From Phoronis australis (taxonomy: Eukaryota > Animalia > Phoronida): a DNA stretch of 64,000 nt. The position numbers and the translations under genes are program-made. The notes beneath the pieces were generated by a model. It ran no database searches. It was not told the DNA's origin and worked only from the letters and a program-made list of their open reading frames with translations. Within the stretch, counting starts at the first letter, position 1, and every line of letters starts with the position of its first letter. Of this stretch, positions 1-11,200 are shown one piece after another. Location of the stretch: positions 1 through 64,000 of the forward strand of contig NMRA01000312.1 of assembly GCA_002633005.1 (NCBI GenBank), given 5' to 3'.

Positions 1-636
1 CGTGGCGGCCGCCGGGACTGGCACGAACATAAACCAGCTTGAGTTGGAAACTAAACCTCCAGTCACGAAAAGCCTATAATAGTGACCCAAAGAAATAATG
101 TGCACGTAATTATTTATATGAATTAGCCACGAAACTGAAAATCTACTTACTGGCTTGTCGGGGGCCGCGAAGTTGGGTTCCCCTTCCACAGACCGTCAGG
201 GAAAAGGTTGTACATAACATTGATTTGAATAATGTATTTGTATTGCTAAATAAAGATTCCCCTAACATGTGACCATATCATATAAAATCGAGTAATTGAT
301 TCACAACAGCTTTCTGTCGGCAAACACTAAATTAGCATGCGCTCACACGGCCTCGGTGCCAGGTCAATTACCTTTATAGCCGGCATCAAAACCGGTAACG
401 CAGTGGTTTATTCATTGCTGGTTTCTCAAAACATTTGCACTCACGAGCACTCTAAGGCATTACAAATTGTATCTAATGAGACAGACTTTGTTTCAGTTTC
501 ATATAAGCATTGGTTAGGATGAGAATAATTCATTTTGAAACAGAACGCGGAATAATAAACGTCTACATGGCAACTCGCCCGGCGCCAATCCCGACTTAGT
601 CAAGAGCTCATCCGACTTCACGAGTCGGATCGTTAG

Positions 637-873
637 CAGAGGCGGATCTACAGGGGGGGTTCAGGGGGTTTAAGCCCCCCCTCGGGACAGGATCAAAAAT
701 AAAAACTGGAAAAAAAATCGCCAGAAAAACGAAATTAGCTACTAAAAATCCCAAAAAAATCTTACACGGGAGGAGGGAAACCCTCTCGCGACCTTCCTTC
801 TCCTCGGCGCTACGCGCCTCGGATTCTTTCGAATCCTAAACCCCCCCTTACTGAAATCGTAGATCTGCCACTG
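637..873. mobile_element. Non-autonomous DNA transposon (MITE), copy 1
   Basis: Terminal inverted repeats CAGAGGCGGATCTAC...GTAGATCTGCCACTG, 5-bp target duplication GTTAG (632-636/874-878), and a near-identical copy at 18336-18571. Confidence 0.9.
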
Positions 874-915
874 GTTAGGTTTCACAGGCTATCAGTTCGA
901 ACCGGGATACACTGA

Positions 916-1215
916 TCAAGAAATACTAGAGATGCGCCGTGAACATGCACAGGCAACAGAACGTATGGATAGTTCTTTGGTAAGCCGGAATTCGTCAAAG
1001 AAAACACTGTCGACGAAATGCCGGCCACAGACACGGAGATGTTTCATGGCCTCATACTTGCTATTAACAGCGTACCTTTCATTCTTCACTACCGCGAGCC
1101 ACTTCCTAAACATTTCGGGCTCTCGAGGAAGTCGAAAAAACGATATACCCGCTTTCTTCGCAGCTTCATAGTTCGTACAAGCGGGAACGATGCACCGCAA
1201 TATAGCGGCATTCAC
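916..1215 (-). CDS. THAP zinc-finger domain ORF, probably a DNA-transposon fragment
   Basis: RCIVPAC...SFFRLP...RKWL...RVCGRHF matches the THAP C2CH signature. No transposase catalytic domain is visible in the window. Confidence 0.7.
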   Translation of the reverse strand: MNAAILRCIVPACTNYEAAKKAGISFFRLPREPEMFRKWLAVVKNERYAVNSKYEAMKHLRVCGRHFVDSVFFDEFRLTKELSIRSVACACSRRISSIS

Positions 1216-1546
1216 TCTGCAGACAAACCACTGAAGTCGTTGCGTCGTTTCTCACCTTCCTCACAGGTTAATGCGACACCTCCCGGCAAGGTGAGGTCGA
1301 CCGTATAAGAGGCGATGTGGATATAGTCCGATTAAGACGGTAAAAAATTAAATCGGGTGGCATTTTCCTTTAAGTTTATCTCCAAGGGAAGTACTTCTCG
1401 TACAGTAGCACGTGGCAGAGCCAGTCGTGCGAAAGCAGGGCCAAATATAGGCCAACACTTGAATTATCAGAATTTTATATGTTGCATGTCTCTGAAACAA
1501 ACCAAATAAATTTCTCACGTATTACGTAAATATTTCTACGTTTCAG

Positions 1547-1703
1547 TTCATCCAAACCTGACAGGGTACTGGACGACACTGAAGACTCGTCCACCGTGTA
1601 CGATAACAAAATATACATGGAAATGCAGCGAAATGACGATTTCTCGGACATTCCAAAAGGACTGGAAAAGGGAATGTCGAATAGTGACAACAGTGACGTC
1701 TAG
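1547..1703 (+). CDS. Terminal cytoplasmic-tail exon of a third Delta-like paralog ('gene C'; upstream exons not seen)
   Basis: Acceptor tttcag|T, then SSKPDRVLDDTEDSSTVYDNKIYMEMQRNDDFSDIPKGLEKGMSNSDNSDV*. 38/51 aa are identical to gene B's last exon (42415-42577), with the same splice phase. Confidence 0.8.
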
Positions 1704-4208
1704 TGTTTTGCCATTGTGTTGCGCTTTGGTCATATAATCTCAGAGACATTGGCGGAGAATATTGGAAAGCAGCTTCTCTGTCGGCTGTCGTTATCACGTG
1801 ATGTCCTGCAGAAAACAGGAAAATTGTGTGTAACTCAAAAGGATACCAAACCCGGTTTTGCTTTATGAACAGATACTAAACATGACTTTCCCATCCCTTA
1901 CTCTGGAACAAAAAATGTTCCGTAACCCTCAACAACCCTCAAAGTTTTGGAGGAAAAAATAAAAACTCCTTTCCAAAGCTACTAAATGAGCAATCGTGAC
2001 CAACGCTCTTAGGAATTACACGACAGCTGTGAGAATAGACCATCCACTAAGGAACATAATGTCCAATCTGTGACATAGGGAGTGTAATTTACGCCAATGA
2101 TGCACTAACAGGTGACAAAACGAGGATTGGTGAAAATTATCATAACAGGGTCTGGTATCCTTTGAACGGCATTTCCTTGACGCTTAGCTGTCTTAACACT
2201 TTTTTCTTGACGTACGCAAATTAACTAAATCAAGTTATGCTGATTTCTTATTTTATTACAACGAAAATTGTTCTTAACCAGCAACAAGAAGTGAGAAAGC
2301 AATTGACAAAATTTCTTTGATTTCAGAGGTTGTGTACTTGCCAAATTAAGGTCTCTTGGCCCCCAAAGCTATAAACTAGTGTCTGGACGCCCTATTCGTC
2401 ACAACTTCAACCTTCCCCTTGTTTCCACAACTTTCGAGTTAGCCCAGTGGCTACGAGACCGGGCCCCAATTTTCACTACAGAAGTTAGCCATATTACTTT
2501 TTATGTGCACCTCCGCGGTCCACGCGACTTTTGATGGACCTCCGTAGCGACGAGTAGTGTGCATATTTTGTGCAGGCGCAAAGTTGTAATCTGTTTAGCT
2601 TAAAAGATGATCAGGCATTACGTGTATTCACAACATACATGAAGGCTCGTATTGTGATACAGTAAATTTACGTATTTTCATCAGCATAGTAGATCACTCT
2701 CCTGGGATAATATGGCAAGGTGTCAGTTGCAAAGTAGACCTACTTTGAATTTAATGTAACTGGATTGTAAAAAAGATTTTATATGCAGCATACAGCAGAT
2801 TGGTTTTATAAAATTGTTATCATTGTTATATTTTACAATAAATCTAAAAACTAATGGACTTTGTTTAAGGTTATGTAGGACCTTATTGAGTAGCGTTAAT
2901 TCAAAGTCAATTACCAGAAAAACAATGTCAACCAGCAAAAGTAAGTATTTTTTGGAAGAAAGATCAGGGATTATAAAAGCACAGTCACATTATACTTACG
3001 TGCCATTGTTATTATAAGTGCGACCCACCCTTATAAGTCAACTTTTCATTTTAACAAAGGTACATTTAAAGCACAAATACCCTTTAGTCGATTTCAATGA
3101 AATCTTCTTTAATTAATACGTATTTAGTCTGGTTTTTGCGCCAAATTTGCTCGCAAAACGTGAGGCATTTTTGTACAAAAACAGCGGTCCTATTCGACTA
3201 AGGGACAGTACAATAAATTCTCCTAACAGAGAGATTGATGAACAAATATTCAAATTGGAAAGTTTCGGTGAAATCCTCTGAGCCGTTTTTGGCAACTCGT
3301 GTTCCTAAGTCCACATTATATTGCTCTGGAGTTTGGAGATTTCAAGATTTTCATTGTTGTAACTTTGTACAAAACAACTGTGAGGAGTTACTTTTGTGTC
3401 CATCACTCAGCTCCTGTTGCTGCCATGAGAGATGACATGAGTTGGGTTATAATAGTCTCATGTATATGGTTCGTCTGTGGAATAGAATATTGAGTTTTAA
3501 TTGAGAAAGACTTGCCAGAAAAAGCTTTTGAATAGGACTATAACCAAAACATTTCAAATCGGTCCTCCGAGATAAAAACAATTTTCAACTCTTGTCAGTT
3601 AAATCATATATTTGAATCCAAAATTAAACGCGATATCACTTTTTACAAAGAAGTCTTATCAAAGTTGTGGTTGATGATTGGAAAAATATTGTAATTCACC
3701 TAAATTTTAATTTAAGGAGTTCACAAAATTTAAAAAAAAAAATTTTAATAAAAGCTAATTGTGTTCCAGGTTAATCAGAAATTGTAGATCTCTTTCATCA
3801 CAGTTTTGTTTTGAAATTGTCCTACTTCATATTGAAATGGCAGATTTCTAACACTGTAATTTGCACGCTGTTCGGGATGAAATTCGTGTTTTGACATTGC
3901 CATTTTTACGAAGATTTAAGAAATTTTGTTGTTTGATAAAATCACATGTATTCGCCCAAATTTCGGCCTGTTAAGTTCTGAAGACAAACTTGCTATTTTA
4001 TGTAATAATTTTTGTAATAATCTGGCTAGACATGCAGAAGGTACTTTTAATTGACGACAAAATTTTCTGTTCACTTAACTTCTTAAATAATTTTGAGCTT
4101 AAAATCAAATTGTGTGCACATTGCTGTTCTTGTATTTTGTTTAAAGTGACCTAATAAGCCCAGTAGGCTGGGTGTTCAAGTAATACTGTTCACTGTAATA
4201 AAATTATT

Positions 4209-4250
4209 TTCTTCTTCTTCTTCTTCTTCTTCTAATTTTTCTTCTTCTTC
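4209..4250. repeat. (CTT)n microsatellite
   Basis: Interrupted ttcttcttc run. Confidence 0.9.
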
Positions 4251-4462
4251 GATAGTGATATGCCGAAGTCCACAAAAAGCAGAAAATGTCGCGAGTCTTC
4301 ATAATCTGACAAGTTTTGCTTAATTATTCGGTGAAAACTAGTTTTTTGGCTAATGTAACCTATACATACATTAATGACGTACCCCATTTCAACATCCACT
4401 CACAATGTCAACTGAATTTGCAGTGGTTCGGCATTCACTTTCATTGATCAAACACGAATAAC

Positions 4463-4627
4463 CTGCACAGACTATGTTCAGTATAGTGCAATACATGAGA
4501 CACGAGATGCTGGCCCTTTGTTTGACCATTGACGCCTCTTTCTTTTGTAACCATGATCGCCAAGAGAACGGTGATTAACACCGATACTGGAAGGAGGACG
4601 GCCAGATACTTTCCCGGTGCCTTCCCT
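4463..4627 (-). CDS. Candidate transmembrane exon downstream of gene A
   Basis: GKAPGK-YLAVLLPVSVLITVLLAIMV-TKER, a 20-aa hydrophobic stretch followed by basic residues. Possible acceptor gtcag|A at 4627 and donor AG|gttatt at 4463. Not similar to gene B's TM exon; splicing is unproven. Confidence 0.35.
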
Positions 4628-4731
4628 CTGACGTCACCACAGAAACAGAAACTAAACAACGAGCAATATATCTACAAGGTGACCAGAGATATGCATTATT
4701 ACAGGTAACATCAAAAACGGTTACTCTCACC

Positions 4732-5148
4732 TTTAATGTTGCATATAGCCTTATCGACAACTTTGTGCATTCTGACAAATACGTACTAAACTAAAGAGTT
4801 AAACTCTCATGTCTTCTTATTAAAATTTAGCAAAGAATGAAGCACAATCATTGCAAAACCCAATAATAATATGAACAAATTTCATTTGACATAAATGTTA
4901 AATTATAATTTCGTTTTCGCTTAATTCAATTTTTCATTTTTGCATGAAAATCATGAAAGTCCTATTTTGATAGCCTCTCATGTAAAAGCAGATCAATTAA
5001 AAATCAATTATTTTTTGGAAAACAGTGCAGAAAGCATACTATCTGAAAGTTTCATATGAATCTGAATAGCCGTGTCTGAGATAAGATTATGATGTTCCGA
5101 AGTTGGTTATACTTGGACAACTTTGTATGGGGTTCAACACAACCTTAA
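4732..5148. mobile_element. Dispersed non-autonomous DNA-transposon-like repeat with TTAA-like ends
   Basis: Shares blocks in inverted orientation with ~29960-30432 (ccttatcgacaa/ttgtcgataagg; tatctgaaagtttcatatgaatc/gattcatatgaaactttcagata). Boundaries are approximate. Confidence 0.45.
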
Positions 5149-5621
5149 AACAAAGGTTTTAAAAATTTTTGTCTTGTCTGGGGATGGGTTTTGATTTTCA
5201 AAGGGCCTAGATAGTGGTTTCGTTATCAGTATTTCTTCAGTTGTAAGGAAAATTATGTTTACAGAGCTTTCGACGGAATGGAAGATTTGAAAGTCCTATA
5301 ATGGAAAAGAGTCATTTGTGAAACAACTTCTTATTAGTCTATGACAATTGAAAAAATGTAACTCATGGAAAACTCAACAGATACAATTGCATGATCTCTT
5401 ATAGGACTGACGTTGAATTTCTCTTTTTAGAGAGACAACCTTGGAAAACACTTATTTCCTATAGTGACTAAGTGCTGCTTGAGTTACATAGAATCGATTA
5501 AACCATTAACAGCTAAATCACCAGTTAACAAACGATAACTGTAATCTCACAGTACTAAAACATCTAAGGTGAGCATCTGGGGTATCCGTTGGCCTCTCGG
5601 GTAAAGGTACACCACTAGTGA

Positions 5622-8278
5622 CTACACAGTGATTTCACAGAGGGCGCCACTGTATCCAGACGGACAAAAACACTTGAATCCACTCATGCCAAGGTTACAG
5701 GTACCACCATGTTTACATGGCGACAGCGCACATTCGTCAACCTTACTCTCACAAAGTCCACCCTCATAACCTTTTAGACAAACACACTCAAACTGTGCTA
5801 TCTTATCAATGCAGGTGGCCCCATTTTTACAAGGCTGTTTTTCGCATTCATCCATATCTAACTCGCAGCGTCTACCGGTGAACCCATGATAACAACTGCA
5901 AGTCCATCCGTTCACAAGATCAATGCACACTCCGTGCAAACAAGGCGAACTCGAGCATTCGTTTATTTCAGTTTCACACATTTGTCCTGTAAATCCAGGC
6001 TGACAGACGCACTGAAACGTTTCGTTACCATTCATACAAGTGCCATTGTTCTTGCATGGTGCACTAACACAGACATCTTCCTTTTGTTCACAGTTCACAC
6101 CAAAAAAACCTTGCAAACACGTACAAGTGTAACCAAATTTTAGATCGTGGCATGCGCCGTGTAGACAAGGAGACGATTTGCAAAAATCTTCTTTGTACTG
6201 GCATACGTTGCCAAAGTATCCTCTGTGGCAATTGCACTCAAATCCATTTACTTTATTAATACAGATACCACCATTTCTGCAAGGTGATGACACACATTCG
6301 TTAATTTCACATTCGCAGTTCTTCCCTGTAAAACCTGCAGCACACGTACAGTTGTATTCATTGAGGAGGTCGGTACAAACTCCGCCATTTTTACAAGGGG
6401 AGCTCTGACATTCGTTTATTTCCCAATTGCAAAACGGTCCAGTAAAACCAGAAGGACATGCGCAAACGTATTTGCCATCTGTCACATCTAGACAAGATGA
6501 GCCACTGGCGCACGTATGTTCCTCGCATCCATACTTCCTCTCAGCACAGACATTTCCTTTAAATCCTCTTGGACATGCACAAGAGAAACCATTCACTCGA
6601 TCTAGGCATTTCCCTTTGTTCAAACAAGGATTGCTTTCACATTCATTCATCTCCGTCTCACATTGGCTTCCAGTAAACCCTGATGAACACGAGCAGCGGT
6701 ACCCGTTCACCACATCTGTACACGACCCATCATTTTTACAAGGATTGCTTTTGCAATCATCAATTTCCTGCTGACAGTTGACTCCCATAAACCCTAGCGC
6801 ACACTGGCACGTGTAGGCATCAATCCTATCCAGACATGTTCCATTCACACACGGTGAGCTTGCGCATTCATCTACATTCGTTTCACAAACCACTCCAGTG
6901 TATCCCGACATGCAGTGGCATCTATATCCTTCCACAATATCAACACACGTGCCACTGTGTTTACAAGGTGAGCTTGCACACTCGTTTATTTCCACCTGAC
7001 AATACTGGCCACTGTAACCAAGAGCACACGTGCACTGTACAACACCACTCTCATCCGAACACACTCCACCATTTTTACACACATTTTTATTCAACTCGCA
7101 TGGCCGAACTTTTTTTTCACAAGCAAACCCTTCAAAACCATGGGGACAAGAACACATATGCCAGCGCATATATCTATAACATGTTCCACCATTTCTGCAT
7201 AATTGTAATTCATTGCACTTTTCGAGTTCCTTTTCACAGAATTTCCCATAATACCCTATCTTACATGAGCATGTGTATCCATGACCGTCTGCAACACACC
7301 TTCCGCCATTTTGGCATGAATTGTTTGAGCATGGGTTTAAAGAAGAACAATTGTAACCTGTGTAGCCATGGAAACATTCACAAGCATAACCGTTGACTCC
7401 ATCATGGCATGTGGCACCATTCTGACAAGGTAAAGATTCACATTCATTCACCTCAATCTCGCACATGCCCCCAGTATACCCCGGCCTGCAAAGGCACTTG
7501 AAATCATTCGTCAAATCTGCACAAGTTCCGTTGTTTTTGCACGGTGAAGAGAGACATTCGTCAATGTTCTCTTCACAGCGTGCACCTCTAAATCCAGGAA
7601 GGCATTGGCATGTGTAATTATTGACTAAGTCTATACACGAGCCATTATTAAGGCAACGTGCTCCTTCACAGTCATTCACGTCAACGTCACATGATGAGAC
7701 AATAATACCTGGTAGACACTGGCAGGTGTAGCCATTTAGCTGGTCTTGACATGTTCCGTTATTTTTGCACGGCGAACTTGCACATTCATCAATCTCGGTT
7801 TCGCACACTCCACCAGTATAACCACTTGGACACTTACAGTAATACGAGTTTATCCCATCTATACAGGTAGCGTTATTTTTGCAAATTGCAGATAAACAAT
7901 CATCGATGTTCTCCTCACAGCGATCACCGCTAAATCCCAACAAACATTGACATGTAAACGTATTAACCAAGTCAGTACAAGACCCGTTGTTGAGACAAGG
8001 GCCTTTCTCACACTCATTGACGTCAGTTTCACAATTCTCACCACTGTATCCCGGTATACAGTTACATTTGTATCCATTTACGAGATCTTGACACGTTGCT
8101 CCATTTACACATGGGTTGCTGGCACATTCATTAACGTTAATTTCACAATTCACTCCACTGTATCCGGGTATACAGTTACACTTGTATCCGTTAACAACGT
8201 CCTGACACGTCGCACCATTTACACACGGGTTGCTGGTACACTCGTCTATGTTTATTTCACACTGGTTACCGGTGAAAC
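5622..8278 (-). CDS. Gene A exon 6: end of DSL plus 23 tandem EGF-like repeats (mostly calcium-binding type)
   Basis: Acceptor tttttcag|GT TTC ACC gives GFTGNQC, which closes the DSL domain. It is followed by 23 six-Cys EGF units (e.g. INIDECTSNPCVNGATC...) and ends EITV*. Confidence 0.95.
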
Positions 8279-11200
8279 CTGAAAAATACAAAAGAATAGT
8301 CAGCTGGTCAAATTGAATTCCCATTGGATAAACAAATAGATAAAGATATATTTAGTTCAGTTAAAACGCTACCAAATCCCATTTTCGATCTAGGGCTCTT
8401 CCTGAAATGAAACTGTTCTCTATTTTTTCATCCCTCAGACTGTAAATTACCAGTGGCGGATTTAGAGAGGGGGCCAAGGGGACCATGCTCCACTAAAGTT
8501 CTCCCAGATTCCATTTGGCTGTTCGGGGGTGCGAATGTCTGATGAGCAAAATCCTGGCTAATACTCTGCCCTGGCCCCCCTAACTCAAAATCCTGGATCC
8601 ACCCCTGTTAAAAGTGGAAATCGCAGGCTGATTATATATTTCTGTGATTTATTTGGCCAAACTAGTTAGAAACAACATAAAACGACCCTGTAAATATGAA
8701 GTACATTGAATCGGTTGATAAATGAACGAGTTTTGTGGCACTGCGTCCAGAAAGAATCGTGACGTGAGTGGCGTATAACACTCCATAATGCAGGTTGTGT
8801 AACCCTAGGAGATATTACATTAATGCAGAAGTCGTGCATCTTTTTGTTTTCATATTTGCAAATTATCTATGAATGCAACTGTGCCTTTATAGCGTGCTTT
8901 AAATCAAAACGACATTAGTTCCTGCTACACATTAGCATATTTAGGAACGTGAAACTAAATCTTAAAATACTAGTGCATCCGCGGAGATAGCGTCCGCATT
9001 ACATCCTGGTTCTCAGACACTTTTTGTGCAATGCCCAATTATCCTCCAGTCAAGCCAGGAGCTGAACCTGAGTCTTCAAAATGTGAGCCCAAGGAGGTCA
9101 AATGACTGAGTTACACTGTCTCTGTCACTTAGACTCGAAGTGATTTCCTTGCATGGGAGTTCATCAACTGTTAGTTCTTAAATGCCTGAGGCGAGGGTAG
9201 AGGTTCGTACACGCAAGAACCTCGCTTAGGAAGGTAGTGTGATCACGTGCTTTTTTACAATACATGGAGATATTTCGTAAAGTCTTACGAGTTCTTGCTT
9301 TTCTCCCAATAAACTAGGTCTACAGAACGCACTTCAGGCTAAAAAAATCTGTTTGTTATTCTTATTCCACAACGAATTGCAGTGCTGACATCACCACACT
9401 TGACAAAATAAGTGGGGCGCGATTTACCAAACTTTACTTGTTCAACTCAGCTCCGAGGTTTGTGAGCGACCGCACATTTCGATAACTTAATCAATTATAC
9501 GCCACCATCGCAAAAGAGGAGAGTTAAGTTCGCAACTTGACTATTAAACCAACCAGTGTCTTGAATTTTACGCCGTAGCCTTCATTGTAATGATGAAAAA
9601 AGCGAAAATAAATTAAGGCCTGGGGTTTAATTTTTGTACTCGAAATTGTTTTCGACACTTTCTGTTCTATTGCGCGAACTCAGGATTTGAGTCTATTATT
9701 CTACATCATAGTATATTACGATTTACGTTTATTGACGACTGTCTCTGTCTAGTCTGCATTTGATGATTTCAGCATTAAATCTATAAGTTCGAGCCAGAAC
9801 TCGAAATTTTGAGTTTTCACTAGAAATCTCGATTTTGTAATCGAAATCTGAAGTTTCACTCAAGTTTGTAGCTTGAATCTAAAAGTAACCAAGTGCAAAC
9901 CTGGAGTAAACAATCGTCCACCTAAACTATAATGTACTGTAGCACAGAATAATAGACCCATATCATGAGTTCACACAAAAATAGAACGGAAAATTCTCAA
10001 AATGCTTTCGAGTTAAATTTCGAGTACAAAGATTAGACTCTGGATAATAGGGACAATGCAGTGTGGCATTTGTTTGCATACACCCCACGTGTGCTTAATC
10101 GTTTGCTTCGTTTGTGCGTCTGCTTTTCAGATGGCAATTTTACAACTATGGGAAGTTCAGAGATTCATCACGTTACGTGAAAAGAATATTTGCTAAGAAG
10201 TCGATCTGGGAAAGATAGCCAAAATTTAGTTTGTTATTTAGGAAATGTTTACTGATTAACGGAAAGTATGCAAGGTGCTTAAGAATGCATTCCGTGGTGT
10301 ACCACGCCTTCACTGAATAAAGTATGAGGATTTTGAGGAAAAATACCGCTTTTCGTTGCCTTGAAAATCAGCTGGTTTTTATTGTAGGCTATGTCCGAGG
10401 TTTGTTACCTATTGTGAAGTTTCTAATACCTTTCACTTTCGTGTGATGTTAAAAGAAACTGCTGACAGACTGACACTCTCGACAACCAACTGTGACTCGT
10501 AATAGCGATTGGATTAATAAAGTATTGGGACTTGCAATCGTCTGTTTTGTGTCTAGTTACCAATGCCAGACCTACTATAATATTTCAAAATTGTTTCGTG
10601 GGGAGGAGTCATCAAAAACTTGGGTACCACTGTTTCAACAAGCAGGTTTCAAAATTTTGAACCTTATTGTCATTTTGCTTATAACAACCTCAGTGCCGTC
10701 TTGCACTACACGTAAAATTACAGCCACCGGCTGTACACGCTTATAAATTTCATAGCCACATTATAGAAATACAACTCATGCTAAGCTTTATACCAACCTC
10801 CCAGACATAATTTCTTTCCAGTCTTGGCGTCACACGTGTAGTGCCCCTGGCTGTCATCTCTCGCCTTACAGAACGTACCACAGTCAGTACCATAATAGTC
10901 AGGGTCACAGAACGTCAAAAACTGTACGCTTAACCTACGATAGAACGACAGCTAGAATATTAAATCTTTACAAAACACAGAGTTTAAACGAAATGCTTTC
11001 CCCAACTTCAAACTTCTATTGTGCATTGTGTGACTCACTATCGACCTGGATTTCAGGAAAACGTAAAACTACTCCATTTCAAAGCTTAGGGCTGAGAACC
11101 CAACGGGTTCGTAAAAGATCCAGTCGTAATGCTCCCCTTATGGTACTGGTGCGTGATTCTTTTCCATTTGGAATATGAATTCATAATGTAAGAAAACATG

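Noticed and set aside
5622-8324. Calling the EGF ORFs Notch, Crumbs or fibropellin, and using the ORF-track start MGIQFDQ...
   Set aside because: No LNR, ankyrin, laminin-G, CUB or avidin domains were found. In-phase C2 and DSL exons lie upstream, and the first 15 residues of the ORF are intron (acceptor at 8279/8278).
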